Assembly (NCBI GenBank): GCA_965112155.1
Contig: OZ218105.1
Reading direction: 5' to 3' (one strand)
DNA length: 64,000 nt
Source: Podarcis liolepis
Lineage: Eukaryota
Of this stretch, positions 23,214 through 35,040 are shown in pieces. Each line of letters opens with the position of its first letter. The stretch's first letter is position 1. The notes under the pieces are model-generated. The model did not search any database, had not been told where the DNA came from, and was given only the letters and a program-made list of their open reading frames with translations. The position numbers and the translations under genes were made by a program.

Positions 23214-25335
23214 TGTTTCTTTACCACTTAATATTCAACTGCTACTTATTTACGAGATCTGATTGCAAAGACAGAGCCTAAGGGCAGAGTGTTTGCAATA
23301 CAAATATCTTTCTGATATCACACTGAATACATGTAGGGCAGGTATGGAGTCAGCACACACAATCTTGCTCCCCTCTTCCTACACACTTTCAAATAAATGT
23401 CTGAACATGAACCAACCTTACACTAATGAGAAATCTATGTTTATGTATGGTGCAGACCCTGGACAATATCCAACTGTTTCTGCCAGCACAATGATTTTTG
23501 CTTGTGTAGTGCAACTTCCCTTCTCCTCTCTGTATGCATGCCCTGCACTCTCCTCAAATCTGCTCTGGGGAGTCAGGGGAAAACCCAGAGCATGTTTCAG
23601 GAGTACACATGGGGGAAGTGGTGAAGTTCTGTTGTGCAAGTGAAAGTCCTTTGTCATTCAACATCTCATAGTTTCCATGAATCTATGTGCTTGCAATATT
23701 TTTCGTGTCTGCATATATGAGCAGGATTGAATAGATGCTCACTAAAGCAAGCAAAATATATACTCAGAGTTAGAATAAGCATCTCCTAGAATATCTGATG
23801 CCCAATCCTCCCCCCCCCCAAGTGGAAACCACAACACCATGGTCTCTCCATGCTGACTGCCATATCCTCATTCTGGAAGCCAAGAAGTTGTGACAAACCC
23901 CAAAACGAAAATGGGCTGCAGTACAGTGGGATTTAATTATTGGTACCTTGCCCTCTGCCTTCATTATTCAGCACTATTATTCCCCTAATGCAACAGAAAT
24001 CCTGATGGGCACCTAGCTTTTTGAGTTCACCTTTCTGTAGCTTTCTGCTGAAAAGAAATTCTGTGTCAAAATGTTCACTCAAGCATTTCCAAGGGACAAA
24101 GTGGGCTTTCAAGAGATGCAGAAAGAAAAAAAACAACCCTCTTGGAAAAGTTTATTTTTTGCTGCAAGTTGTAGTCCTCAATTACTGCTGCTTCAACACC
24201 ATTTTAGGGCTCATTTGGAGAGGAAGGAATGTGTTCATGTTGATGAGGCTCAGTTTCATTGCATGGCAGCATGGTGTAGCAAGGCTTTTGCCCTGAGAAA
24301 GCTCTAGTTTCACTTAGTTAAGAGTGACGAATTGCAGAACATGAATGGGGGAATGCACATTCCAATGCACATCCCATTTAAAGCAATATACTATGCATGG
24401 ACAACCATACAGCCAAATAAATATGTCGATCCACCATCCCATACTGTATTACTGAATGAAAGCACATCCCGATCCATGTTATGCTGAAACTAATCAGCTA
24501 CAAGTTGTTATATCAGCACACAAGAATATCAGCCCAATTGCTTTGGCATTTCAGCTCACCACTATCACCCTTCAGTAGCCTTCTGGCAACCTTGAAATAT
24601 TAGAACAGAAGGAAATGACATGTATACAAAAGAAGTACACATCACATGTTTAGTCACCTTGTAGCCATTATTCTATGTTTAGTATTTTTGTACCTCTTAC
24701 TTATGAGAGTGCATTTGACATCCAGCCCTCTTGGAAAGCTTGTGTCTTCTACAGTTTCATTTAATAGGAAACAGATTTTATACGAGAAGTTCTGAAACAG
24801 CAGATGGAGAAAGTTTTCCCATCATTCTTCCATATAACACAGAAACTCCAAGGAAGCTATTTGGTGCTACTATACAAATGTGGCAAAGAGAAGACTTGAG
24901 AAAGTAGAGGGGCGATGTGTGAACACACAGTGCTCATGTGGTGCACACTATTAACCAGTACAAATGAAAGAGTTCCATCATAAGCAAAGGAAGGGAGGGT
25001 ATTCATAGCAGAATCTGTGAATGAAAATAAAGAACACAAGTTCCCTTATAGACCTAGGCTCCAGTGAAACTCACCACTCTGATTACTTTTAATGAAAATA
25101 TTATTATTAACTATTTAATAACATTTTACACGTCTTTAGAGAGGCATCTAACACCAAAGCCTTTAATTTCTCCTTCCCTAGTCATAAATGGACTATCATG
25201 GTAAGTAACTGGTGATGTTCTATTTCCAATGCAAATATTTGTTGTTCTGATGGTGACTGAAATTTATGACCAGTTCTATCCAATTTATTTTCTTGTCTGA
25301 GAGGGAAGAGTTGGCTGTTGGATGTGCCAAGTCTT

Positions 25336-25454
25336 GGGTGGTATTCAACTAACCTTTACTCAGAGTGGACCCACTGAAATTACTAGGCCTAAATAAGTCA
25401 TAGACATTAATCTCAATGGGTCTACTCTGAGTAAAAATTAACTGACTAAAACCC
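25336..25454. mobile_element. Palindromic MITE (~120 bp)
   Basis: TTTACTCAGAGTGGACCCA...TGGGTCTACTCTGAGTAAA inverted arms with GGGT...ACCC ends. Confidence 0.6.
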
Positions 25455-27449
25455 TTTAGTACAGAGTAAAATGGACGAAGGATTGCAGTGGGGATGAACA
25501 TTCAAATGCAAATCCCCATCCCAAACCAGCTAAGATAAATACATCTCGCCTGCCACTATAAATGTGCATCAGTTTGTGCAACTGCTCTTTCAGAGGGTGG
25601 GGAGAACACTGGAAGAATTGCTTGGAAAAGCAAGGATATCCAAGACACTTTGTAGACTTCCCATGGATATCTGAGGCCATGTCGAGACATAGTACAAAAC
25701 TCCATGAAAATCCCCAAATGTAACAAAATAGAACTGAATTAAGACAGCAATGTATGACCATACAAACACACAGAAATACAACTGAGAACTCTGGAAAGAA
25801 ATGTATGCAATATGAGAATTCAAACAGTATGCCAAATGAGGGAGGGGATAGAAACCAAAGTTTAGAAACCTATGAAGTCATCCAAAAATGTTTTAAATAG
25901 AACACAGTCCTAGGCAATGAGACAGTTTTCTCAACTTTTTTAAGGCTTGCTGCAACTAGCTGCTAATTAAAATGATATTTTAAACAAAAGGGTTTCTTCA
26001 TTTCCCTCCCTGCCCACATCTATGTTCTACAGCACTGCAAAAAATATGCAATTGGATAAAAGACAGAGATATTAGTTCTTTTTGTGTGGGTTAGAGAAGG
26101 ACACACAATGCAATATTCATGAGTAAGTTAGATTTTAGGTTTCTTGGTGCCCTAATTTTCCCTTTTGATCCCAGTGCTTTCCATCCTTTATGCAGAAGAT
26201 GTGGTGAAATCAGAAGCTAGAATAAACAGAATGTCAGAAAATGTATTTATTTTTTGTTTTATGGTAATGCCTCTTATATGCTAGTGACTTTAAGGACGTT
26301 CAAGATATTCAGCTTATGCCCAGGGAAATGCATAATTTAAAGGACACTCATGCAAGCAAAAATGATGTTCATGGAAAAGAAATCTGTTATTTCAGATACA
26401 TCTAAATATGTTCTGTAGGCAACAAGCAAAGGTGTGTTTTTTAAACAAACAAACAAACAAACAAACAAACAAACGGAAAGAAAATGGCATTTGATACCAA
26501 TGCCAGGGACCTGTCACACTGGCAAACACTAGTTTATTAGCGATAGATGAGGATACTGGAGGAATGTGGAGTTTTTTTTGCAGTTTCCAATACAAACTGA
26601 ATTATTCTGCATCTCCTAGATTAATGCACAGGTTGGAATGCAGCCATCCACTGGATTTCACACTGTGACATAGTGATTTGCTGGGGGGGGGGGTCAGAAT
26701 CAAACTACACATTCTAAAATCCTTATTTTGATAGAAAATGTGTTTAGAAATGCCTATTTAAAAACACATTTAAATGGAAATTTTAATCCCGCTTGGTTTT
26801 CAAAATTCACTGATTAATACAGAAAAGGGATAGAACACACTTGAAAGTGGATGGAAGCAGAAACAGAATTGTCCATAACTATTTAGAAATACTTCCTGCA
26901 GTAAGGTAGAAATTTACAGGTGCAAGAAGGGGAGCTGGGGGGAAAAGTCAATCCAACATACAGAAAGAGACAGAATTTGGGTGACTAGGTCAGATTATAT
27001 TCAGGTCATACTGATGCACCATGTCTGCACTATTACCACTAACAAATAAAATAAAATCTAAAAAGCTACATAATTCAGGGGAAGGGGCTTGTTGTGCAGT
27101 ACAGTGCCATCCATCTTAGTGACTGTGCTATGAAGTTACCGTATTTTTCACTCCATAAGATGCACTTTTTTTCTCCTAAAAAGTAAGGAGAAATGTCTGT
27201 GCATCTTATGAAGTGAATGCTGCGCGGAGGAAGGACGGAATGGAGCCATGGTTCCTTTCCATCCCTCCTCCGTGGCTTGCTTTAAAGCAGCAAAGCAGGA
27301 AAGGAGCCACTTACACAGGTGTAAAGCAAGCGTAGCGGGAGCCATGTAATTCCTCCGCCCCCGTGCTCAGCTGCCCCATTGGGATGGGTGGGCGCGCTCG
27401 TGCAACCCTCTTGGGACGATGCTTGCATGGGTGGAGGGATTCTACATAC

Positions 27450-29600
27450 AAGACTAGCATATAAGATTCCTTTTAAACTAGAGGTTGTAAAATATGTTAA
27501 GGAGCATGGAAATAGAGTAGCGGAGAGACATTTTGGGCCACCTCCAACTGAAAAAATGGTAAGAGAGTGGAGGAAACAGGAGGATCAGCTGCAAAAAGCA
27601 GATAAAAGCACACTTTTCATGGAAATGCTGCAAAGTGGCCACAGTTGGACGTGGCCATGAAAGAATGGATCACAAATCACTGGAATAATGGCTTCTCAGT
27701 CTCTACAAAAATGATAATATATGAAGCCAAACGCATTGCTGTAGAGAAAGGCATTCACGATTTTACTGGATCACCATTGTGGTGCTACAGATTTATGAGG
27801 CGATGTGGCCTTGCTATGCACACCAAAACTAGAATTGCACAAAAAATGCCAGAAGAATATGAATCTAAGATTCTGTCTTTTCATAAATTTGTAAGTGATG
27901 CTAGGAAGAGAAATGGGTTTGAAATTGGCCAGATTGGGAATATGGATGAAGTCCCGCTAACCTTTGATGTGCCATCTAATAGGACTGTTGATCTGAAAGG
28001 TGCCAAAACTACCGTCGTGAAAACCTTCGGACATGAGGAAACCCGTTACACAGTTGTGTTGTCTTGCTGTGCAGACGGCACCAAATTGCAACCCATGTTA
28101 ATTTTCAAAAGGAAAACATTTTCAAAAGAAGTGATTCCAAGAGGAGTTGTTGTACATGTTCATGAGAAAGGATGGATGGACGAAAACGGAATGAGAGTAT
28201 GGGTTGAAAAGAGGGGCCACTAGGGGCGCATCGGAAGATGGCTGACAATAACATCTCTCCGACCCACACGAGGTAATTAGGAGGCTGTGATGGGAGTAAA
28301 TAGCCTCCCTGCCCCCCCAAGCGTGTCGGGGGGACTGCCCTTGCTGCTGTGCCCTATACCACCCAATTTGTGGGGATGGGGGCACTAGGCAGAAAGCCCT
28401 CCTGTGGATCTCGGCGCTCCTGGACGCTGTCTCTGATCTGCACCCCTAGCTGCAGCAACTTCAAAAGAAACAATTAGGAGGAAGCGAATGCACATATTTC
28501 AAGGAAGAAGGGGGAGTAAAGACTGCTAACTGAAGAGATCTCTGATAAATAAGACGGGTCGGAGGAACAAGAATAAATCATGAGAAGACACACCAAGGCT
28601 CGGTATGTTCGGCAACGGGACTGGATGGGGGAGGGGGGAAACTTTCCTTTCTTTTCTCTATGTGATTAACTAAGAATCCCCCCCCCCACAAGTCACAAGT
28701 CAGAAATGCCGTTTAAATGACTTAAGCTGTGGATTTAAGGCTGTGTGGAGATAATTTTCTAACCAAAGCATGTTTCAAGAAGATCGTGGAAAGTATAAGA
28801 GCTTTGGAATGACGCAGTAAAAAATACCGTCGCCATTTTGGCAAGTTCTGTCGGAAGACTTAAGTCTGGGAGGAGGAACAGCTGTTTTTATATTGTGGGT
28901 GAGCCTCCTCAATGGGACTAAAGAGCGACAGATTTGCGATATTAATGATGGAAAGAGTGCTGTTATTTATGAAAGTGATGATATATGGAAACCATCTTGA
29001 TATGATGATTGGATGAATGGAGAAATCCACACAGGATTACAATTGGTGTTTACCAGCTTAAGGAGATTATCAGAAGAGATCCAAAAGAAAAAAAAGAAAA
29101 ATATACAAACAAGATGAGATGTGGAAACAGCAAGATAAGACTGGATAGAATTATGGACATTATTTGGACAGATTTGTGGATATTAACGCAGCAGCAAGAT
29201 GATGATCGGAATCCCCCTTCGGAACTTGAAAAAAACCTGCCTTATTAGTACTTGACCAGTTTAGTGCACATATTAGCAAAACTACAAAAAAGTGCTTTAA
29301 AGAAGTGAAGACGCATCTAGCTGTAATTCCTGGAGGTCTTACCAGCCAGCTGCAACCTCTCAACGTTTCCATCAAAAAGCCATTTAAGGTTTTTATGCGA
29401 GAAGAGTGGAACAAATGGATGGCTGCTGGTAATCATGATCTCACACCAACGAATGAAGAGGCCCACTATCACTCAAGTTTGTGAATGGGTGGAAAACATC
29501 ATGGCACTCGGTGAAGGAGGAAATTGTTGTACAGTCATTGAAAAAAATGTGGCATTAGCAATGCTTTGGATGGAAACAAAGATGGTATCTTGCATGAAGA
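27450..29600 (+). pseudogene. pogo transposase pseudogene (Brinker-type DBD, CENP-B HTH, DDE_1)
   Basis: RLAYKIPFKLEVVKY...VREWRKQ; WCYRFMRRCGL; IGNMDEVPLTFD; GWMDENGM; after the insert (~29230) KKPALLVLDQFSAH...IPGGLTSQLQPLNVSI. Frameshifts, and the third catalytic Asp appears as Asn. Confidence 0.88.
28211..29225 (+). mobile_element. L1-like 5'UTR / ORF1-start fragment inserted in the transposase
   Basis: Begins GGGG...GGAAGATGGC (YY1-type L1 5' motif), then GC-rich hairpins, then A-rich degenerate coding-like sequence. It interrupts the transposase between VWVEK and KKPALL. Confidence 0.55.
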
Positions 29601-30259
29601 TAGCGAAGAAAGTGATGTCAGTGATTGTGAGCAACAGAGCTTCATAAATTCTGACTGTAGCAATGATGAGTTCTTGGGGTTCACAGAAGACTAGAAGAGT
29701 ACTCGAACCTTAAAGTCTCTCTTCATTTGTTAATGACAGTGATGATCGTTCTTAATGCCACTGTTGACTGCTGTTCACTTTACATGGTTGAAATATTATT
29801 CTGATATACCGGTAGTTTATTAAATAGTTTAGTACAACATTTGATTCAGAATATTTTTTTTCTTGTTTCCCCCCTCTAAAAACTAGGTGCGTCTTACGGA
29901 CACTTACTTTCCTGGACCAGGGTCCACGAAAGCTTATGACGTAATAAATGTGTTAACCTTGAAAGTTAACAACCCTACAATACTGGGGGAGAGGGCCCCC
30001 ATCCCAGGGGCCATTGGATGTGTCAAATCTCCCTCTCTGGTGGCAGAGAGAAAAGGCCACCACTGCAGAGAAATATACAATGTTGCAAGTCCCTTCTGTA
30101 AGGATGTGGGAAAGTCTATTATAGGTTCTTCTCCAACAAAGAGGATACATCAGGTGGTTCTCCATGGTCATTCTGGGAGAATCCTCCTATTCCCCTGACA
30201 CACTACTCCACCCACACTTTCCTCTGATGGCATAGGCCCAACAGGGCATTGGATTAGGC

Positions 30260-30870
30260 CATGGGTAGGCAAACTAAATGGACGCGGGTGGCGCTGTGGG
30301 TAAAACCTCAGTGCCTAGGACTTGCCGATCGCATGGTCAGCGGTTCGAATCCCCGTGGCGGGGTGAGCTCCCGTCTTCGGTCCCAGCTCCTGCCCACCTA
30401 GCAGTTCCAAAGCACCCCTAAGTGCAAGTAGATAAATAGGTACCACTTTATAGCGGGAAGGTAAACGGCGTTCCGTGTGCTGCGCTGGTGCTGGCTCACC
30501 AGAGCAGCTTCGTCACGCTGGCCAAGTGACCCAGAAGTGTCTCCGGACAGCGCTGGCCCCCCGGCCTCTTAAGTGAGATGGGCGCACAACCCTAGAGTCG
30601 GACACGACTGGCCCGTACGGGCAGGGGTACCTTTACCTAGGCAAACTAAGGCCCAGGATCTGGCCCAATCGCCTTCTAAATCTGGCCCGCGGACAGTTCA
30701 GGAATCAGCGTGTTTTTACATGAGTAGAATGTGTCCTTTTATTTAAAATGTGTTATTTGTGGGGCATAGGAATTTGTTCACCCCCCCCCCAAAGAACATA
30801 GTCCGCCCCCCCCACAAGGTCTGAGGGGACAGTGGATCGGCCCCCTGCTGAAAACGTTTGCTGACCCCTG
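30260..30870. mobile_element. hAT (Charlie-like) MITE containing a Sauria SINE
   Basis: TIRs CATGGGTAGGCAAAC / GTTTGCTGACCCCTG and a perfect 8-bp TSD GATTAGGC (30252-30259 / 30871-30878). Confidence 0.88.
30280..30637 (+). mobile_element. Sauria SINE, full length
   Basis: GGACGCGGGTGGCGCTGTGGG head, B box, ACCTTTACC tail, TSD TAGGCAAACTAA (30266-30277 / 30638-30649). Confidence 0.93.
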
Positions 30871-32467
30871 GATTAGGCCATTCATCCACCTTTGTTTCTT
30901 CCCTCCCTGTTAGATTGCACCCTTAGTTGTTTTAACATGCAAACACGATTTAGAAAGTGCATGTCCTGCCTCTGCTTATTAACCTCCTTTCCCTAAAAAT
31001 TCACACACCTCTTTTAAGTGTGACTCTATCATAAAATGCAACAAATGTTTTATTTTTGGAAATGATTTATTAACAAGGTGTGGGCTCAGCTGTTCTAGTA
31101 AACAAAATACTGAATGTTATAACAGTGCACCAATTCTTTGTACTTAGCACCTCCAAACTTATTATTTATTTAGCAACTTAAAAGAACATCATATTAAAGC
31201 CCGCAGTCCAACTAGTCACTATGACAGAGTTTGCAACTCAACAAGGCAATGCTACAAATCAAAACCAGAAAAAGACATTAATACAAGGAGGCCTCATTTC
31301 AAAGGGGGATGAATTTTGGGGCCAAATTAACTGCAGTAGTTCACACAGTGGGCCAAATACCGGTATCATTTCTTAATTTAGTATTGTCTATGCTGTTTGA
31401 TGTGGGTGGGCCTTTTTTACATTTCAATGTAATTTTAGGTTTCTGGCGTATAAAATGAATTGTGTTTGACATTGTTTTATTATTTAGTGTGGTTTGACTT
31501 TCAGTATGAATTTTTTTCATTGTTACATTTTAAAGCTGTTTTCATTTAACTTATTGTACATAATCTAAACAATCTAATAAATGTTGATATATGAGTTTTG
31601 CATTTAACTCCTTATATGGTCATCTACTTGTAGAAGCAAGAAGCCATATTGGGTTGTGAGTGAAAGGCACCGCTTGCTCTAGATACAATCACAGAAGACC
31701 GCTTTCTTAGACCTGGAAAACAGACCTTCCCCTATGATGATGGCCCTCCTGTGGAGAACCTTCTGTTACTGTCTGGGTACCAACAATTAATGCTGCAGGT
31801 GAGCCACCTAGTAAGATTTTGGTTCACCTTGGAAGTAGTTGTGCTGGGAGTAATTCCTCTAGATGAACTTCTTCCTTTCACATCTCAGGCTCATGCAAAC
31901 TCAAGCATTTACATCATGAAAAGATGCAACTTTTTTGTGTAGCCAAATTCTGCAAATGCCCCCCAGCATTATAGTTAAATGTATAAGGATTTCTCTCCAT
32001 CTAAGATGTAGTGATGGGCTTTCATGAGTTTTCTCTAAAACCTTCCCCTCATCCAGCAATAATCTCAACATATTAACTCTCATCATTGCAGAAAACTTCT
32101 CCTGGGACAGCCTTCCTAAATACTGACCAAAAACAATAGATAAAGTATACTTCCCAACAAGAAGTTCAGGGTTCCAATCCAAGACATTATTACTGGGAAA
32201 TATAGTACCCTTCAAACAAATGCCTCCTATTCTGAACTAGCAGCTAATTTGGAAAGCTACAGCTGTAAGGACATATATAGAGTGAGAACATGAGAACAAT
32301 TTATTTAATATATATTTTATACCAGCCTTCATACAAATCCCAAAGTAGTCTACAACAGTAAAATACAACTTAATAACACAATACAGGAAAACAAAGTAAA
32401 ATCACAATAAACAAACACACTAAATTCATCATTACCAGTCAATGCCTTGCACCAGTGATCCATAAAA

Positions 32468-34194
32468 GGATATGGCCTGTTCGGTTGTTCACAACATGCA
32501 GAAGAGCATTTGGCAGGAATCAGGATGAGGGCTCCCTCCCCCCTTGTGGCACCTGGTCCATGGAAATAAGATGGACAGCAATTTTAGACCCGGCCAGTAT
32601 GGCCAACTATCGCCCAGTCTCAAATCTTCCATTCTTGGGCAAGGTGATTGAGCGCGTGGTTGCTGAACAACTCCGGGCACGCCTGGAGGATGTGGACCAT
32701 TTGGATCCCTTCCAATCGGGATTCAGGCCTCATCATGGGACTGAAACTGCCTTGGTCGCGCTGGTTGATGATCTCCGGCGGGCTAGGGACAAAGGTGAGA
32801 GTTGTTTCCTAGTTCTGCTGGATCTGTCAGCGGCCTTTGATACCATCAACCATAACATCCTTCTGGACCGTCTAGAGGGGCTGTGAGCTGGGGGCACTGT
32901 TATATAGTGGTTTCGCTCCTTCCTCCTGGGCCGTGTTCAGAAAGTGGGGGGGGGGATGAGTGTTCAGACCCCTGGGCCCTCACTTGTGGGGTGCCTCAGG
33001 GTTCCGTCCTCTCCCCCATGCTTTTTAACATCTATATGAAGCCGCTGGGAGATATCATCAGGGGGTTTGGACTGGGTGTCCATCAATATGCAGATGATAC
33101 CCAGCTCTACCTCTCTTTCAAATCAGAACCAGTGAAGGCGGTGAAGGTCTTGTGTGAGTGCTGGAGGCGGTTGGAGGATGGATGGCGGCTAATGGATTGA
33201 AGTTGAATCCTGACAAGACAGAAGTACTGTTTTTGGGGGACAGGGGGCGGGCGGGTGTGGAGGACTCCCTGGTCCTGAATAGGGTAACTGTACCCCTGAA
33301 GGATGAGGTGCGCAGCCTGGGAGTCATTTTGGACTCACAGCTGTCCATGGAGGTGCAGGTAAATTCTGTATCCAGGGCAGCTGTCTACCAATTTCACCTG
33401 GTACGCAGGCTGAGACCCTACCTGCCCGCGGACTGTCTCGCCAGAGTGGTGCATGCTCTAGTTATCTCCCGCTTGGACTACTGCAATGTGCTCTACGTGG
33501 GGCTACCTTTGAAGGTGACTCGGAAACTACAACTAATCCAGAATGCGGCAGCTAGACTGGTGACTGGGGGCGGCCGCCAAGACCACATAACACCGGTCTT
33601 GAAAGACCTACATTGGCTCCCAGTACGTTTCTGAGCACAATTCAAAGTGCTGGTGTTGACCTTTAAAGCCCTAAACGGCCTCGGCCCAGTATACCTGAAG
33701 GAGCGTCTCCACGCCCATCGTTCTGCCTGGACACTGAGGTCCAGCGCCGAGGGCCTTCTGGCGGTTCCCTTATTGCAAGAAGTGAGGCTACAGGAACCAG
33801 GCAGAGGGCCTTCTCGGTAGTGGCGCCTGCCCTGTGGAACGCCCTCCCATCAGATGTCAAAGCGATAAATAACTACCTGACATTCAGAAAACATCTTAAG
33901 GCAGGCCTGTTCAGGGAAGTTTTTAATGTGTGATATTTTAGTGTATTTTTGGTTTCTATGGAAGCCGCCCAGAGTGGCTGGGGAAACCCAGCCAGATGGG
34001 TGGGGTACAAATAATAAATTATTATTATATTATTATAATTCTGTTGTGTTTTCAGGAGGTGCCAAAAACTCAACAGAAGTGGTGTCCATCTTACTTCCAT
34101 GGACCAGGTGCCACAAGAGGGGGGGGGGAGCCTTCACCCTGATTCCTGCCAAATGCTCTTCTGCATGTTGTGAACAACCGAACGGGCCATATCC
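32468..34194. mobile_element. Palindromic (fold-back) MITE with ~130-bp arms, split by an L2 insertion
   Basis: 32468-32577 is the reverse complement of 34083-34194 (GGATATGGCCTGTTCGGTTGTTCACAAC...). The arm symmetry continues across the L2 junction. Confidence 0.85.
32582..34036 (+). mobile_element. 5'-truncated L2 LINE (RT domain, 3'UTR, (TTA)n tail)
   Basis: [71 protein letters not shown] motifs, with stops and frameshifts. Confidence 0.93.
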
Positions 34195-34199
34195 TAATA

Positions 34200-35040
34200 T
34201 CTTAATAGCCAGTCTATATGGGTGAACATGTTCCTTCAGGTTCCAAACTGCTTAAGGCTTTGTAAGACAACAAAACCTTAAACTTGACGTGGTAGCAAAC
34301 TGGCAGCAATTGCTGCTCTTTCAGCAATGGTGTTACATGACCATAGTAGGTTGCTCCAGCTAGCAGCATTACCACTGCATTTTGCACAGCTGCAGAAGCC
34401 TCATGGCGTAAAGGGTTGGTGCATATGGCTGTTAACAAGGTTAATGGTTCAAGCCCACCCAGGGATGGTTGTGGGCAGGATTCCTGCATTGTGGGGCATT
34501 GGACAAGATGACCCTCAGGTTCCCTTCCAACCATACAATTCTAGACCAATGTCAAGGGCAGCACCACAGAGAGCACACTGCAGTAGTCTAATCATGAGGT
34601 TACCTGTGCATGGATCACTGTTGCCAACCTATCCTTGTCCAGATACAAAAGTAGATAGCACACCAAATGAAGCTGTAAAAAATGTTCGTAGCCAGGCACT
34701 TGGGGCTCCAGTGTTAAAGGTGAGTTCCCCCAGGGCACACACCTGCTCCCTAATAGGGAGAGCCACCTCAGTCCAAAGCAGGGAGACTAACTCCCAGAAC
34801 TGGGGAGCACTACTCACAGCCAGGGCCTCAGCTTTGTCAGCATTCAGCTTCAGCTTGCGGCCCTCATGCAGACCACCAATGTATCCAGGCACTGGGCTCA
34901 GAACTTGCACATCTGCACATTATTCAGTTGTGACAGAGCTGTGTGTCACTTGCATCTTGATGATATAGTACGCCAAATCCCCTAAGCACTGTTAAACTGC
35001 TTCAGAGACAGAATGGTACCCCGTGGCACCCCACAGTGGA
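34200..35040 (-). mobile_element. Old L2 LINE fragment (3' end probably continues at ~32300-32455)
   Basis: Minus-strand LKLNADKAE and VQNAVVMLLAGA...HVTPLLKEQQLLPVCYHVKFKVLL. Confidence 0.75.
34402..34544 (+). mobile_element. Short tRNA-head SINE with CR1-type tail
   Basis: GGTTCAAGCCC B box and GATGACCCTCAGGTTCCCTTCCAACCATACAATTCTA tail; same class as 37138, 46454 and 56897. Confidence 0.65.

Larger units (their letters stand above)
27139..29899 (+). mobile_element. Degenerate pogo-superfamily (POGK/Passer-like) DNA transposon interrupted by a ~1-kb insertion
   Basis: TA|CCGTATTTTT left TIR. The right subterminal region matches MITE 5051-5309, with the terminal TIR partly deleted. Transposase motifs lie inside. 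Confidence 0.88.

Noticed and set aside
27450-29600. Possible domesticated POGK gene
   Set aside because: It has TIR and TA TSD context, frameshifts, a 1-kb insertion and no KRAB exon, so it is a dead transposon.
34327-34968. 213-aa plus-strand ORF
   Set aside because: It is the antisense reading of an old L2 plus an inserted SINE.
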